A stretch of DNA of 29,488 nucleotides from a virus (lineage: Duplodnaviria > Caudoviricetes), in IMG/VR virus record IMGVR_UViG_3300024287_000018, positions 1-29,488 of that record. One strand, given 5' to 3'. This document shows, one piece after another, positions 1-7,853 of this stretch. Below the pieces are notes generated by a model. That model saw only the letters and a list, made by a program, of their open reading frames with translations. It ran no database searches and was not told the origin of the DNA. Numbering within the stretch: the first letter of the stretch is position 1; each line of letters opens with the position of its first letter. The translations under genes were made by a program, and so were the position numbers.

Positions 1-257
1 TGTGATAGCATTTTGATTAAGACAATCCTAGCCGGTCTGTCACACCGTTAAGGATTAGCCTAAACTAATTCGATTGGCAGATTAGGCATTAACCTATGGA
101 ATCTGTTACCCCACACATGGTATCTGTTTGGTGTACACATAACGGACTTACCTACACATCTATCTAGCCTATACCGTGCTAGTGAAAGAGGGAGACTATC
201 GGCGTTTGGTTATGTGTACATGGACAGAGCTAACCCATGTAGCGGACCAATCATATG

Positions 258-272
258 AATTTTTAAAGAGGC
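258..272 (-). promoter_or_regulatory. boxA-like antitermination motif (GCCTCTTTAAAAATT)
   Basis: The minus strand reads GCCTCTTTAAAAATT, close to the rrn/lambdoid boxA consensus (T)GCTCTTTAA(C/A)AA, on the strand transcribed from the 611-639 promoter. Confidence 0.55.
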
Positions 273-541
273 TGATATATGCGCTGTAATTAAGAGGCAA
301 ACTCTGTCTGCCTTGTCCCTGTCCATCGTTTACTGTGTCGGTTATTGGCTTGGCATATGGGCCTAGCTATCCATACAACTCCGCTGCACCACCATTCAGG
401 AGACGAACATATCCAACACGAGGAAAGCTATTCCGTTCGGTGCACGGCACCTAGTGTTATCAGTTTCGCACGACACAGAATGATGTGCGTTGCGGGCTAT
501 GTATGGCGACATGTCAACTACTGACAGTTCACACATATATT

Positions 542-555
542 CAGATTGTTAAACC
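542..555 (-). promoter_or_regulatory. Second boxA-like motif (GGTTTAACAATCTG) right after the promoter-proximal hairpin
   Basis: The minus strand TTTAACAATCTG matches the 3' half of rrn boxA and follows a hairpin (558-596), as in the boxB-boxA arrangement of rrn leaders. The 5' half (GCTC) is not conserved. Confidence 0.4.
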
Positions 556-610
556 TTGGGAGACTACCGGACAGAGCGCCTTGTCTGCCTACTCCCTACT
601 GCTAGACTCT

Positions 611-639
611 ATCTTAGGTGCTGCATCCAAGAGAGTCAA
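611..639 (-). promoter_or_regulatory. Sigma70-type promoter (early, leftward): TTGACT-17 bp-TAAGAT
   Basis: Plus-strand AGTCAA 634-639 and ATCTTA 611-616 give -35 TTGACT and -10 TAAGAT with an exact 17-bp spacer (617-633). Predicted start near 604. Confidence 0.7.
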
Positions 640-843
640 GAACTATTTTCAGAGGACTAGCGGGCTATCGTTGTACCAACCTCACCGCATAACCCCTTTG
701 CTGCTATGCACGTTGCGCTGTGCATGAATAAGACTATAAAAGAACAAAGGAAAGAATGCATTAGGACAAACACCTATTGACGTACAGCATCGATGATAGT
801 ATTCGCGCTACGCGCTCACACACGCGTACACGCACACAGACGT

Positions 844-1230
844 AGACATATATGCATATTAGAACAGGTATAAGACATGGCACATGCATGCCAGCTAATG
901 TAAGGATAAACCCTTAGTTGTTCTCTTATATAAGACCAGACGTCAGACATGTATAAGACTGAGGAAGTATGTTTGACAGGCATGTTTCTTGGCATGGGCT
1001 TGGCGAGCATGGGTTGATATGCGAGTACCATCCACCCCAAGGAAAGGCACAGAGAGGTTGTATTCAAGCCAGAGAGGCATGTATGAATAGACATGTACAT
1101 ATACACATGTCCAATAGCATCGCTTAAGAGGGTAAATACATAGTGGATGGCAGATGTTATACACATACAGATATGAAGACATGTCAGAGACAGGCTTTTA
1201 ATAGCACCGTCGGAGCGAAAGCGTAGACAT
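844..1230. repeat. Field of short dispersed repeats (CATG, AGACAT, TAAGAC); likely terminal-repeat/packaging-site region
   Basis: CATG at 876, 883, 887, 948, 981, 993, 1008, 1078, 1092, 1106, 1180. AGACAT at 844, 873, 945, 1089, 1177, 1225. TAAGAC at 871, 931, 954. The region is non-coding and lies between divergent transcription units. Confidence 0.55.
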
Positions 1231-1539
1231 ATCATACACTTAGCGTGTTCGAATCGGTTAATTGTCGAGTCAATGATTGACGAGTAGTTCATTGTGAACA
1301 CAATTTATCGGACACGATCCCATAGCTGTCGAAGACATCGTATACGATTTATTCCAATCCGATTAAATCGAGAGCGACTTAGGGGGATAAGGGGGTTTGG
1401 GGAGTTGATACTAGGTGCATTGCCCCTCCTAAATTTCTCAAAAAAATTATAGCAATGTGCCCCAAGAAATATTCCCCGTCAATTTGATTCCCCGAATAAT
1501 ATTATATAAATGCCCGGAGGGCAGACAAGAGATGAAATA

Positions 1540-1752
1540 ATGAATATACAAGAATCTGTCGCTTCTGTTGTAGACAGTGTAACAAGTCCTAACACTGCTG
1601 TGCCCACTGTCTCTATTGTGGGCGCTGCTAATTGGTTGCATAGCTTGCCAGATATTATTAATGTAGCTACAATCATCTACCTTGTCTTATTGATTGCTCA
1701 TAAGGGGTATAAGATGTATAAAGAATTTAAAGGGAATAATGTAGATGGCTAA
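1540..1752 (+). CDS. Holin (T7 gp17.5-like small membrane protein)
   Basis: 70 aa from ATG 1540 (ATG 1510 is possible). Hydrophobic segment IINVATIIYLVLLIA followed by a basic tail HKGYKMYKEFK. No other holin candidate lies near the endolysin. Confidence 0.65.
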   Translation: MNIQESVASVVDSVTSPNTAVPTVSIVGAANWLHSLPDIINVATIIYLVLLIAHKGYKMYKEFKGNNVDG

Positions 1753-2932
1753 GATTACCCTCCCAACAATCACCAATGCTCAAAATATTTCTCTTATCAA
1801 TGATAATTTCGATAAGATTGAAACAGCATTGAATGAAGATGTATTATATAGGGACAATCCTATTGGAGAACCCAATCAGCTTAATAATGATTTGGATGCT
1901 AATGGGAATGATGTATTCAATGTACAGATGTTGGATACAGCAGTATTGAAGATTAATGGGCAGTTTGTACAGCCTAGTGAGGTAGCCACTTCTGAGAGTT
2001 TGAAGATTGCTAACAACCTCAATGATGTAGCAGATGTAGCAGCTTCTAGAGCCAATCTTGGATTGGGGAATGTTAATAACACCTCTGATGCTAATAAGCC
2101 TATTTCTATTGCACAACAAGCTGCATTAGATTTGAAGCTTAATATCACAGATGCAGCAACAATATACGCCCCTATTGCTTCTCCAACATTTACAGGTAGT
2201 GCTACCGCTCCTGATTATTCAATTGTAGGGGCTCCTGCTACAGCCCGTAGATTGCATTTTAAGACTAACACTCTTGACCGTTGGCAAGTGGTTGCAGAAG
2301 GCACAGCAGAAGGTGGAGCAAATGCAGGTAGCAATTTTATTATCAGTAGATTTAATGACGCAGGGGCTTTTATTGATTCCCCCTTCTCTATTCTTCGTTC
2401 TACTGGTGTAACCACCCTTTTTCAAGCTGTTATTGGAGCAGGAAGTTCTTTTGCAGGTTCTGTAGCTGCTACAACCATTACAGCATCCAGCACCATCACT
2501 CCTTCTCAAACTGCAGGAATTGTAGGCACTACAGCAGCTAACAATGCTAATGCAGGTAGTGTGGGAGAATTTATTAGTAACTCTGCTACAGGAGTAGCTT
2601 TGACTAGCGGTATTACTGCTAATATCACTTCTATTTCTCTTACAGCAGGCGATTGGGATGTTCATGGTGTTGTACAGTTTGCTCCTGCTGGTACAACTAC
2701 AGTTGGTGGTATCCTATCTGGACTGTCTTCCACTTCAGCAACTATCGGTGCAGTGGGTACATTCCAACAAGGAACCGCTACATATACTGCTGGTGGTGCA
2801 CAGGCAATGACAACCCCCACTGCACGATTTACTTTAGCATCCACAACTACTATTTTCCTAGTGGCCAATACATTCTTCTCAGTTAGCACAATGGCTGCTA
2901 ATGGTTTCCTCCGCGCTCGTAGGGTTCGATAA
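1745..2932 (+). CDS. Tail fiber / receptor-binding protein 1
   Basis: The N-terminal anchor (INDNFDKIETALNEDVLYRDNP...LDANG) is homologous to that of the next gene. Fiber motifs ARANLGLGNVNNTSDANKP and APIASPTFTG, then a Thr/Ala/Gly-rich beta-rich C-terminus (SISLTAGDWDV). Confidence 0.85.
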   Translation: MAKITLPTITNAQNISLINDNFDKIETALNEDVLYRDNPIGEPNQLNNDLDANGNDVFNVQMLDTAVLKINGQFVQPSEVATSESLKIANNLNDVADVAASRANLGLGNVNNTSDANKPISIAQQAALDLKLNITDAATIYAPIASPTFTGSATAPDYSIVGAPATARRLHFKTNTLDRWQVVAEGTAEGGANAGSNFIISRFNDAGAFIDSPFSILRSTGVTTLFQAVIGAGSSFAGSVAATTITASSTITPSQTAGIVGTTAANNANAGSVGEFISNSATGVALTSGITANITSISLTAGDWDVHGVVQFAPAGTTTVGGILSGLSSTSATIGAVGTFQQGTATYTAGGAQAMTTPTARFTLASTTTIFLVANTFFSVSTMAANGFLRARRVR

Positions 2933-4896
2933 TGGCAAAGATTGTTTTAGATGACACAAGCAGCGGCTACAACCTTCAGAAGATCAATGCCAACTTCCAG
3001 AAGATTGAAGATGCCCTGAATGATCAAGTATTGTATCGGGATAATCCTCCCGGTAATCCTAATGAGTTGAAGAGTGATGTAGATGCCAATCAGCATCGTA
3101 TCTTCAATCTCCCTGCTCCTACATTAGATAGTGAAGCAGCAAGACTTAAAGAAGTGAAGGATTTGATTGCAGGAACATCTCCTGCATCCCTCATTCCATT
3201 CACTCCTTATCTGGATATCACCTCCACCAATGTGCAAGGTGCTATTCAAGAAGTAAAAGATGATAATGAAGCAGAAGAAACTAGGGCTATTCTCAAAGAG
3301 AATGAGATTGAAGGAAGGGCACTCTATCGTACCAATCCCGGTGCAAAGCCTAACAATATGCTCATCCCCCTTGATATGGGGAATCAGCAGATTAACAATC
3401 TTGCAGCACCTACTCTCCCTGCAGATGCAGCACGTCTTCTTGATGTACAGAATGCCTCATCGGGCCTCACTCCTGCTAACCTTTCTGCATTTGCACCCTA
3501 CCTTTACATTTCCTCTACTAATACTCAAGCAGCAGTACAAGAGCTTGTAGATGATTTGGCAGTGCAGGCATCAGGTGCTACACGAGTAGGGTTTGCTCCA
3601 TACTTCTGGATTCCCGGAACTACTGTAGATGCAGCTATTAAAGGTGTTGCAGATGGATTGTCTTCTACTGCTGGAGCCTCTAGAGTAGGGTATAGCAATG
3701 GACAAGCAGGCGCAGTGCTACGTACTGTATCTGATCGTCTTAGGGATGTTAAAACAGTTAAAGATTTTGGAGCTATTGGTAACGGTATTGCAGATGACAC
3801 TGCAGCAATTCAAGCAGCAGTGAATTGGGCAGCAGCTTCTTTTAGTGGTAAGTTGCATTTTCCTGCGGGTAGTTATAAAACTACTTCAGCAATTACAATG
3901 GATGGGGCTAATGCTCGTGTTGTAATTTATGGAGATGGAGAACAGAATACCTTTATCAATGCCAATCACAATGGTAATGGATTCTTGTTTGGATTTACTA
4001 CCCCTGTACCTTGTGCAGAGTTTTACGACATGACGATTAATACTAATACAATATCGTCAGGTGCAGCTATCTGGGTTAAAGGGTCTGGTTCACAACCTAA
4101 GAGTTTTAAAGCTGCTAGGCTCACCATGTATGGGGCGTCTGTTGGAGGCACACCTAGTGCTGGGTATTGGGCAGCAGGAGCAATTCTCCTAACCAATCCT
4201 ACATATCCTATTATTGAAGATTGTTCATTCTTTGGTATTGGTGGAACTCCATCAATCGCTAATAACAACCTTATCTTCTCTGGGTACACAATTGTATCTA
4301 ATGATGCTAAAGGTAGTTTCTTTGTAAACTTCAGAAACTGTTTTGCTAATGGATGTAATAATGCATTCTATGCTAGGTCAGACGCTGCTCCGGGTGTAGA
4401 AGGTTTGTATATGACTCGTTGTAACACTGTAGCTACTAATGTTGGATTCCATGCTGAATCAACTGTTGGAAGTTATTTTCCTCCTCAGTACAATATTAAC
4501 AACTCTCAGTTTGAATTTATGCAGCGAGGTAATAACTTCCTTCATGTATCTGAAGTGATTTGTTCTAACAATCTTTACTATGCCGATCCTACAGGTAATA
4601 ATGCGATTCAAGGTATTCAGTTTCAAAACTGTATTGATTCGCAAGTTCACCATGGAAAGATTGAGGCTCGCCCAATTCACACTAACATGCGTGGTGTTGA
4701 CTTCTCTGGTACTTGTAATATTGGTCAAGTGGATGCAGTCTTAATCTCTACGCCCATGCCTGCTGTTGCTATTTTCAATGCATCCAATAATATCTGGGCA
4801 TATGGCAATCGTAATCTTGGGGTAGGTGGTGTGTATTTCGATGGGTCTTCTGCACCTGCAACTAATAAACTTGGTATGGCTGCTATTCCATCATGA
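2932..4896 (+). CDS. Tailspike / polysaccharide depolymerase (pectate-lyase-like beta-helix)
   Basis: Shared N-terminal anchor, then the Pectate_lyase_3-type cap motif VKDFGAIGNGIADDTAAIQAA...LHFPAGSYK followed by Asn/Cys-rich beta-helix-like repeats. Confidence 0.88.
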   Translation: MAKIVLDDTSSGYNLQKINANFQKIEDALNDQVLYRDNPPGNPNELKSDVDANQHRIFNLPAPTLDSEAARLKEVKDLIAGTSPASLIPFTPYLDITSTNVQGAIQEVKDDNEAEETRAILKENEIEGRALYRTNPGAKPNNMLIPLDMGNQQINNLAAPTLPADAARLLDVQNASSGLTPANLSAFAPYLYISSTNTQAAVQELVDDLAVQASGATRVGFAPYFWIPGTTVDAAIKGVADGLSSTAGASRVGYSNGQAGAVLRTVSDRLRDVKTVKDFGAIGNGIADDTAAIQAAVNWAAASFSGKLHFPAGSYKTTSAITMDGANARVVIYGDGEQNTFINANHNGNGFLFGFTTPVPCAEFYDMTINTNTISSGAAIWVKGSGSQPKSFKAARLTMYGASVGGTPSAGYWAAGAILLTNPTYPIIEDCSFFGIGGTPSIANNNLIFSGYTIVSNDAKGSFFVNFRNCFANGCNNAFYARSDAAPGVEGLYMTRCNTVATNVGFHAESTVGSYFPPQYNINNSQFEFMQRGNNFLHVSEVICSNNLYYADPTGNNAIQGIQFQNCIDSQVHHGKIEARPIHTNMRGVDFSGTCNIGQVDAVLISTPMPAVAIFNASNNIWAYGNRNLGVGGVYFDGSSAPATNKLGMAAIPS

Positions 4897-5372
4897 TTAA
4901 GTTCAATAGGGCATTGGTTATTAGTGCAGCCCTAGTAAGTGGAGCGCTTCTTTGGGAGGGTACTAAGTATGTGCCCTACAAAGATATTGCTGGTATCCCT
5001 ACAGTTTGCACAGGCCATACAGGTAAAGATATTAATATGGATAAGATTTATTCTAAGAAAGAATGTACTGATATCCTTATTGCAGATTTACAGAAACATG
5101 GAGATGGGATTAAGCAATGCATCACTGTCCCTATTACACAAGGAGAATATGATGCATACACATTATTTGCATTTAATGTCGGTGTGTCCGGCTTTTGTAG
5201 TTCGAGAGCGAATCGCCTCTTGTCTCAAGGACAGCATGAACTCGCATGTAAGGCGCTGGCATCAGGCCCAGATGGAAAGCCTGCATGGTCCTATTCAAAT
5301 GGTAGATATATACAAGGGCTGCAGAATCGAAGGCAGTATGAGAGGGACATGTGCTTAAAATCATTGCGGTAA
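4893..5372 (+). CDS. Endolysin, GH24 lysozyme with probable SAR N-terminus
   Basis: Catalytic triad E-x8-D-x5-T (WEG...YKDIAGIPTVCTGHT), FAFNVG and GLQNRRQYE motifs. Weakly hydrophobic Ala/Gly/Ser-rich N-terminal helix just before the catalytic Glu. Confidence 0.92.
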   Translation: MIKFNRALVISAALVSGALLWEGTKYVPYKDIAGIPTVCTGHTGKDINMDKIYSKKECTDILIADLQKHGDGIKQCITVPITQGEYDAYTLFAFNVGVSGFCSSRANRLLSQGQHELACKALASGPDGKPAWSYSNGRYIQGLQNRRQYERDMCLKSLR

Positions 5373-5815
5373 CAACTTTTGTTGTAGGGCTACTTCTTGG
5401 TAGTCTTCCAACTACATTATACTTCCAAGGGAAGCTCAAAGCTCAGAAAGCTGAAGCAATTGAGAATACACAGAAAATAGAAAAGGATTTGAATGTCAAC
5501 AAAGCTAAAGCAGACTTCGAAAAAGCGTTCGCTGTGGCTTCTGCCAGTGCTAAGCTTCAGCTTACTATTGACAGCCTGCGGAACCGCCCAGTGCGTCCTC
5601 CCACAGTTGCCAGTACTCAGCCCGCCTGCACAGGTGCCGGACTTTATCGGGACGACTCAGAATTTCTTGCAAGGCTCGCTGAAAGAGCAGAACAAGTCAG
5701 AATAGAACGAGATTACTACTATGGACAATATGAAGCTGCTCGAAGACTTCTTGCCGGACAAAAGCAAGATGCTGGACACGATGGGCAGGCCCCTGACACA
5801 AAGCTTGTTCCTTGA
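5351..5815 (+). CDS. Inner-membrane spanin (Rz-like)
   Basis: GTG start overlapping the endolysin, one N-terminal TM segment then a helical periplasmic region; contains an embedded lipoprotein gene. Confidence 0.8.
   Translation: MLKIIAVTTFVVGLLLGSLPTTLYFQGKLKAQKAEAIENTQKIEKDLNVNKAKADFEKAFAVASASAKLQLTIDSLRNRPVRPPTVASTQPACTGAGLYRDDSEFLARLAERAEQVRIERDYYYGQYEAARRLLAGQKQDAGHDGQAPDTKLVP
5493..5705 (+). CDS. Outer-membrane spanin (Rz1-like lipoprotein), fully embedded in the +1 frame
   Basis: Basic N-terminus, hydrophobic core, lipobox LLTAC and a Pro-rich mature part (LPQLPVLSPPAQVP), nested in the i-spanin gene. Confidence 0.85.
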   Translation: MSTKLKQTSKKRSLWLLPVLSFSLLLTACGTAQCVLPQLPVLSPPAQVPDFIGTTQNFLQGSLKEQNKSE

Positions 5816-6245
5816 ACTAGGATATAGCGATTCTGCAATTTATACGCTAAAGGAGAACGACCATGTTTATGAAGGACGATCCTACCCTAGCCTTAAGAAA
5901 TTGTATCTACTTGTTGCGGACCCGACTGAGTATACTTTCGCCACAACCTTTTTATTGGGATGGAAGCACTGGCAGCGAATTGTGGATAATAAGTCACTTA
6001 AACCTCATGTTGGAGAGTGGCGGGAAGAACTTGAAGTTAAGCTTCGGTCTCAAGGAGTGAAAGAAGCCATTAAACAAGCTCAAGGGGGCACCTTTCAGGC
6101 TGCCAAATGGCTTGCTGATCGTGGATGGGAGAAGCGGGGTGCAGGCCGTCCTACAGAGGCTGAAATCGAAGGCCATAAGAAATTCGAGAAGAAAGTAGAA
6201 GATGAATATGGTGCAGATATTAAACTAATGAGCAGCTATAAATGA
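5721..6245 (+). CDS. Probable terminase small subunit
   Basis: 174 aa immediately upstream of and overlapping TerL (ATGA-type coupling), with a C-terminal AAKWLADRGW..RGAGRP motif. The start could be 5730. Confidence 0.65.
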   Translation: MDNMKLLEDFLPDKSKMLDTMGRPLTQSLFLELGYSDSAIYTLKENDHVYEGRSYPSLKKLYLLVADPTEYTFATTFLLGWKHWQRIVDNKSLKPHVGEWREELEVKLRSQGVKEAIKQAQGGTFQAAKWLADRGWEKRGAGRPTEAEIEGHKKFEKKVEDEYGADIKLMSSYK

Positions 6246-7846
6246 AAGATATGTGGTTAGAGGACGCACAGAAGCGTCTCGATAGAATGCCAGAAGAAGC
6301 AAAAGAAATTCGAGAGACTGCAATGAATGACCTCTACTTCTATGCTTGTCTGGTAAATCAGGGGTATATGTATGGCGATATTCACAAAGAGTGTTTCAAG
6401 TGGCTTGAAGAGTATACGCTTTATGGCAAAGGAGATATTAATGATCTTGCTAATAAGCTTCTTCTTCTCCCTCGTGCTCACCTTAAGAGCCACATCTTGG
6501 CTACGTGGGTATCTTGGATTATCGTACGGCACCCAGAAGTAACTATTTTGTATGTATCAGCTACTGCTGGTCTTGCAGAAACTCAGTTGTTCGCTATCCA
6601 GAATATTATTGGTAGTAATGTATTCCAACGTTATTTCCCAGAATATGTAAACCCTCAGGAGGGTAAGCGTGAAAAATGGTCTCTTAGCAAGTTTTCAGTG
6701 GATCACCCAAAGCGACGCGCTGAAGGTATTCGTGATGCTACCGTATCTACTGCTGGCCTTACAACCAACACTACTGGTTGGCACGCTGACATTATTGTTG
6801 CTGACGACTTGGTTGTTCCAGAAAATGCTTACACAGAAGATGGCCGTGAATCGGTCTTAAAGAAATCTTCTCAATTCACTTCTATTCGGAACGCTGGTGG
6901 ATTTACTGTTGCTGCTGGTACTAGATATCATCCTAATGATGTATATGCCTCTTGGAAGAATCAAGAATTTGAAACCTTTGATGATGAAGGCAGTTCTCTT
7001 GGTAGGCAAAAGGTTTGGTCGATTAAAGAATATGCTGTAGAAGAAGATAGTGTATTCCTCTGGCCTCGTATGGTTAGGCCAAATGATGGCAAGATGTTCG
7101 GATTTGATCAGAAAGTGTTAGCTCGTATTAAAGCTGAATATGAAGATCGCGTGCAGTTCTTTGCTCAGTATTATAACAATCCTAATGACCCCGGTAGTAA
7201 TCGGATTAACAGAGATAGATTCCAATATTATGACAGACGGCATCTTAAACAAAGTGATGGATATTGGTACTTCAAGGGCAGCCGTCTTAATGTATATGCT
7301 TCTATTGATTTTGCCTTTTCTCTTTCTTCCCGGTCAGACAATAGTGCAGTTGTGGTTATTGGGATTGACGAATCTGGTTTCATTTATATTCTAGATATTG
7401 CAGTATTCAAAACAGATAAAATCTCTGGGTATTTTGATGTTATCAGGCATCTTCATTCCAAATGGGAATTTAATAAACTGCGAGCAGAAGTAACAGTGGC
7501 ACAGACAATGATTGTGCGGGATCTAAAGGATATGATGCGAGCAGAAGGTCTTAGGCTCTCTGTAGATGAATACAGGCCCCAGCGAAAAGAAGGCACTAAA
7601 GAAGAACGTATTGCATCCACTCTTGAGCATAGATATGACAACCAAACTATTTGGCATTTTAAAGGTGGTTATACGGACGTTCTAGAGGAAGAATTGATTT
7701 TGGCTAGGCCCCCACACGATGACGTGAAGGATGCCCTTGCAAGCGCTATAATGATTGCTGTGAAGCCTAAAGGTGGACGAATGTCCAGTAGAGATAATAA
7801 TGTTATTCAATTTGCAAGTCGCTTTGGCGGCGTTGCTTTCCGTTGA
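6242..7846 (+). CDS. terL: Terminase large subunit
   Basis: Deviant Walker A LLLLPRAHLKS, Walker B HADIIVADDLV, motif III AGTRYH, RNase H-like nuclease SIDFAF...HDDVKDALA. Confidence 0.95.
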   Translation: MKDMWLEDAQKRLDRMPEEAKEIRETAMNDLYFYACLVNQGYMYGDIHKECFKWLEEYTLYGKGDINDLANKLLLLPRAHLKSHILATWVSWIIVRHPEVTILYVSATAGLAETQLFAIQNIIGSNVFQRYFPEYVNPQEGKREKWSLSKFSVDHPKRRAEGIRDATVSTAGLTTNTTGWHADIIVADDLVVPENAYTEDGRESVLKKSSQFTSIRNAGGFTVAAGTRYHPNDVYASWKNQEFETFDDEGSSLGRQKVWSIKEYAVEEDSVFLWPRMVRPNDGKMFGFDQKVLARIKAEYEDRVQFFAQYYNNPNDPGSNRINRDRFQYYDRRHLKQSDGYWYFKGSRLNVYASIDFAFSLSSRSDNSAVVVIGIDESGFIYILDIAVFKTDKISGYFDVIRHLHSKWEFNKLRAEVTVAQTMIVRDLKDMMRAEGLRLSVDEYRPQRKEGTKEERIASTLEHRYDNQTIWHFKGGYTDVLEEELILARPPHDDVKDALASAIMIAVKPKGGRMSSRDNNVIQFASRFGGVAFR

Positions 7847-7853
7847 GGATTAA

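Larger units (their letters stand above)
24..604 (-). ncRNA. Putative long structured leader/non-coding RNA downstream of the minus-strand sigma70 promoter
   Basis: No convincing ORF. Many inverted repeats: TGTACACATAAC 132-143 / GTTATGTGTACA 209-220; CTGTGTCG 333-340 / CGACACAG 471-478; GGGAG 558-562 / CTCCC 592-596; AATCCT 24-29 / AGGATT 50-55; GCCTAA 58-63 / TTAGGC 82-87. Two stems near 484-536 close with G-U pairs only when read on the minus strand. Boundaries are approximate and the RNA may extend past the window edge. Confidence 0.5.

Noticed and set aside
420-480. GAGGAAAG and ACAGAA resembling RNase P RNA conserved regions; CGAAAC/CTGAT resembling a hammerhead core
   Set aside because: The P4 complement and remaining conserved regions are absent, and the hammerhead elements are in the wrong order and incomplete.
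733-805. Additional sigma70 promoters (minus-strand TATAGT at 733-738; plus-strand TTGACG at 777-782)
   Set aside because: The partner hexamer is poor or wrongly spaced in both cases.
844-1230. CRISPR-like or regular tandem array
   Set aside because: Repeats are only 4-8 bp and irregularly spaced; there is no repeat-spacer periodicity.
485-1301. ORFs 485-727(+), 816-1301(-) and 943-1182(-)
   Set aside because: Cys/Met/His/Tyr-rich translations produced by the CATG and purine-pyrimidine repeats; no convincing SD or protein-like composition.
1382-1415. G-quadruplex
   Set aside because: Only three long G-runs plus a distant GG; not supportable from sequence alone.
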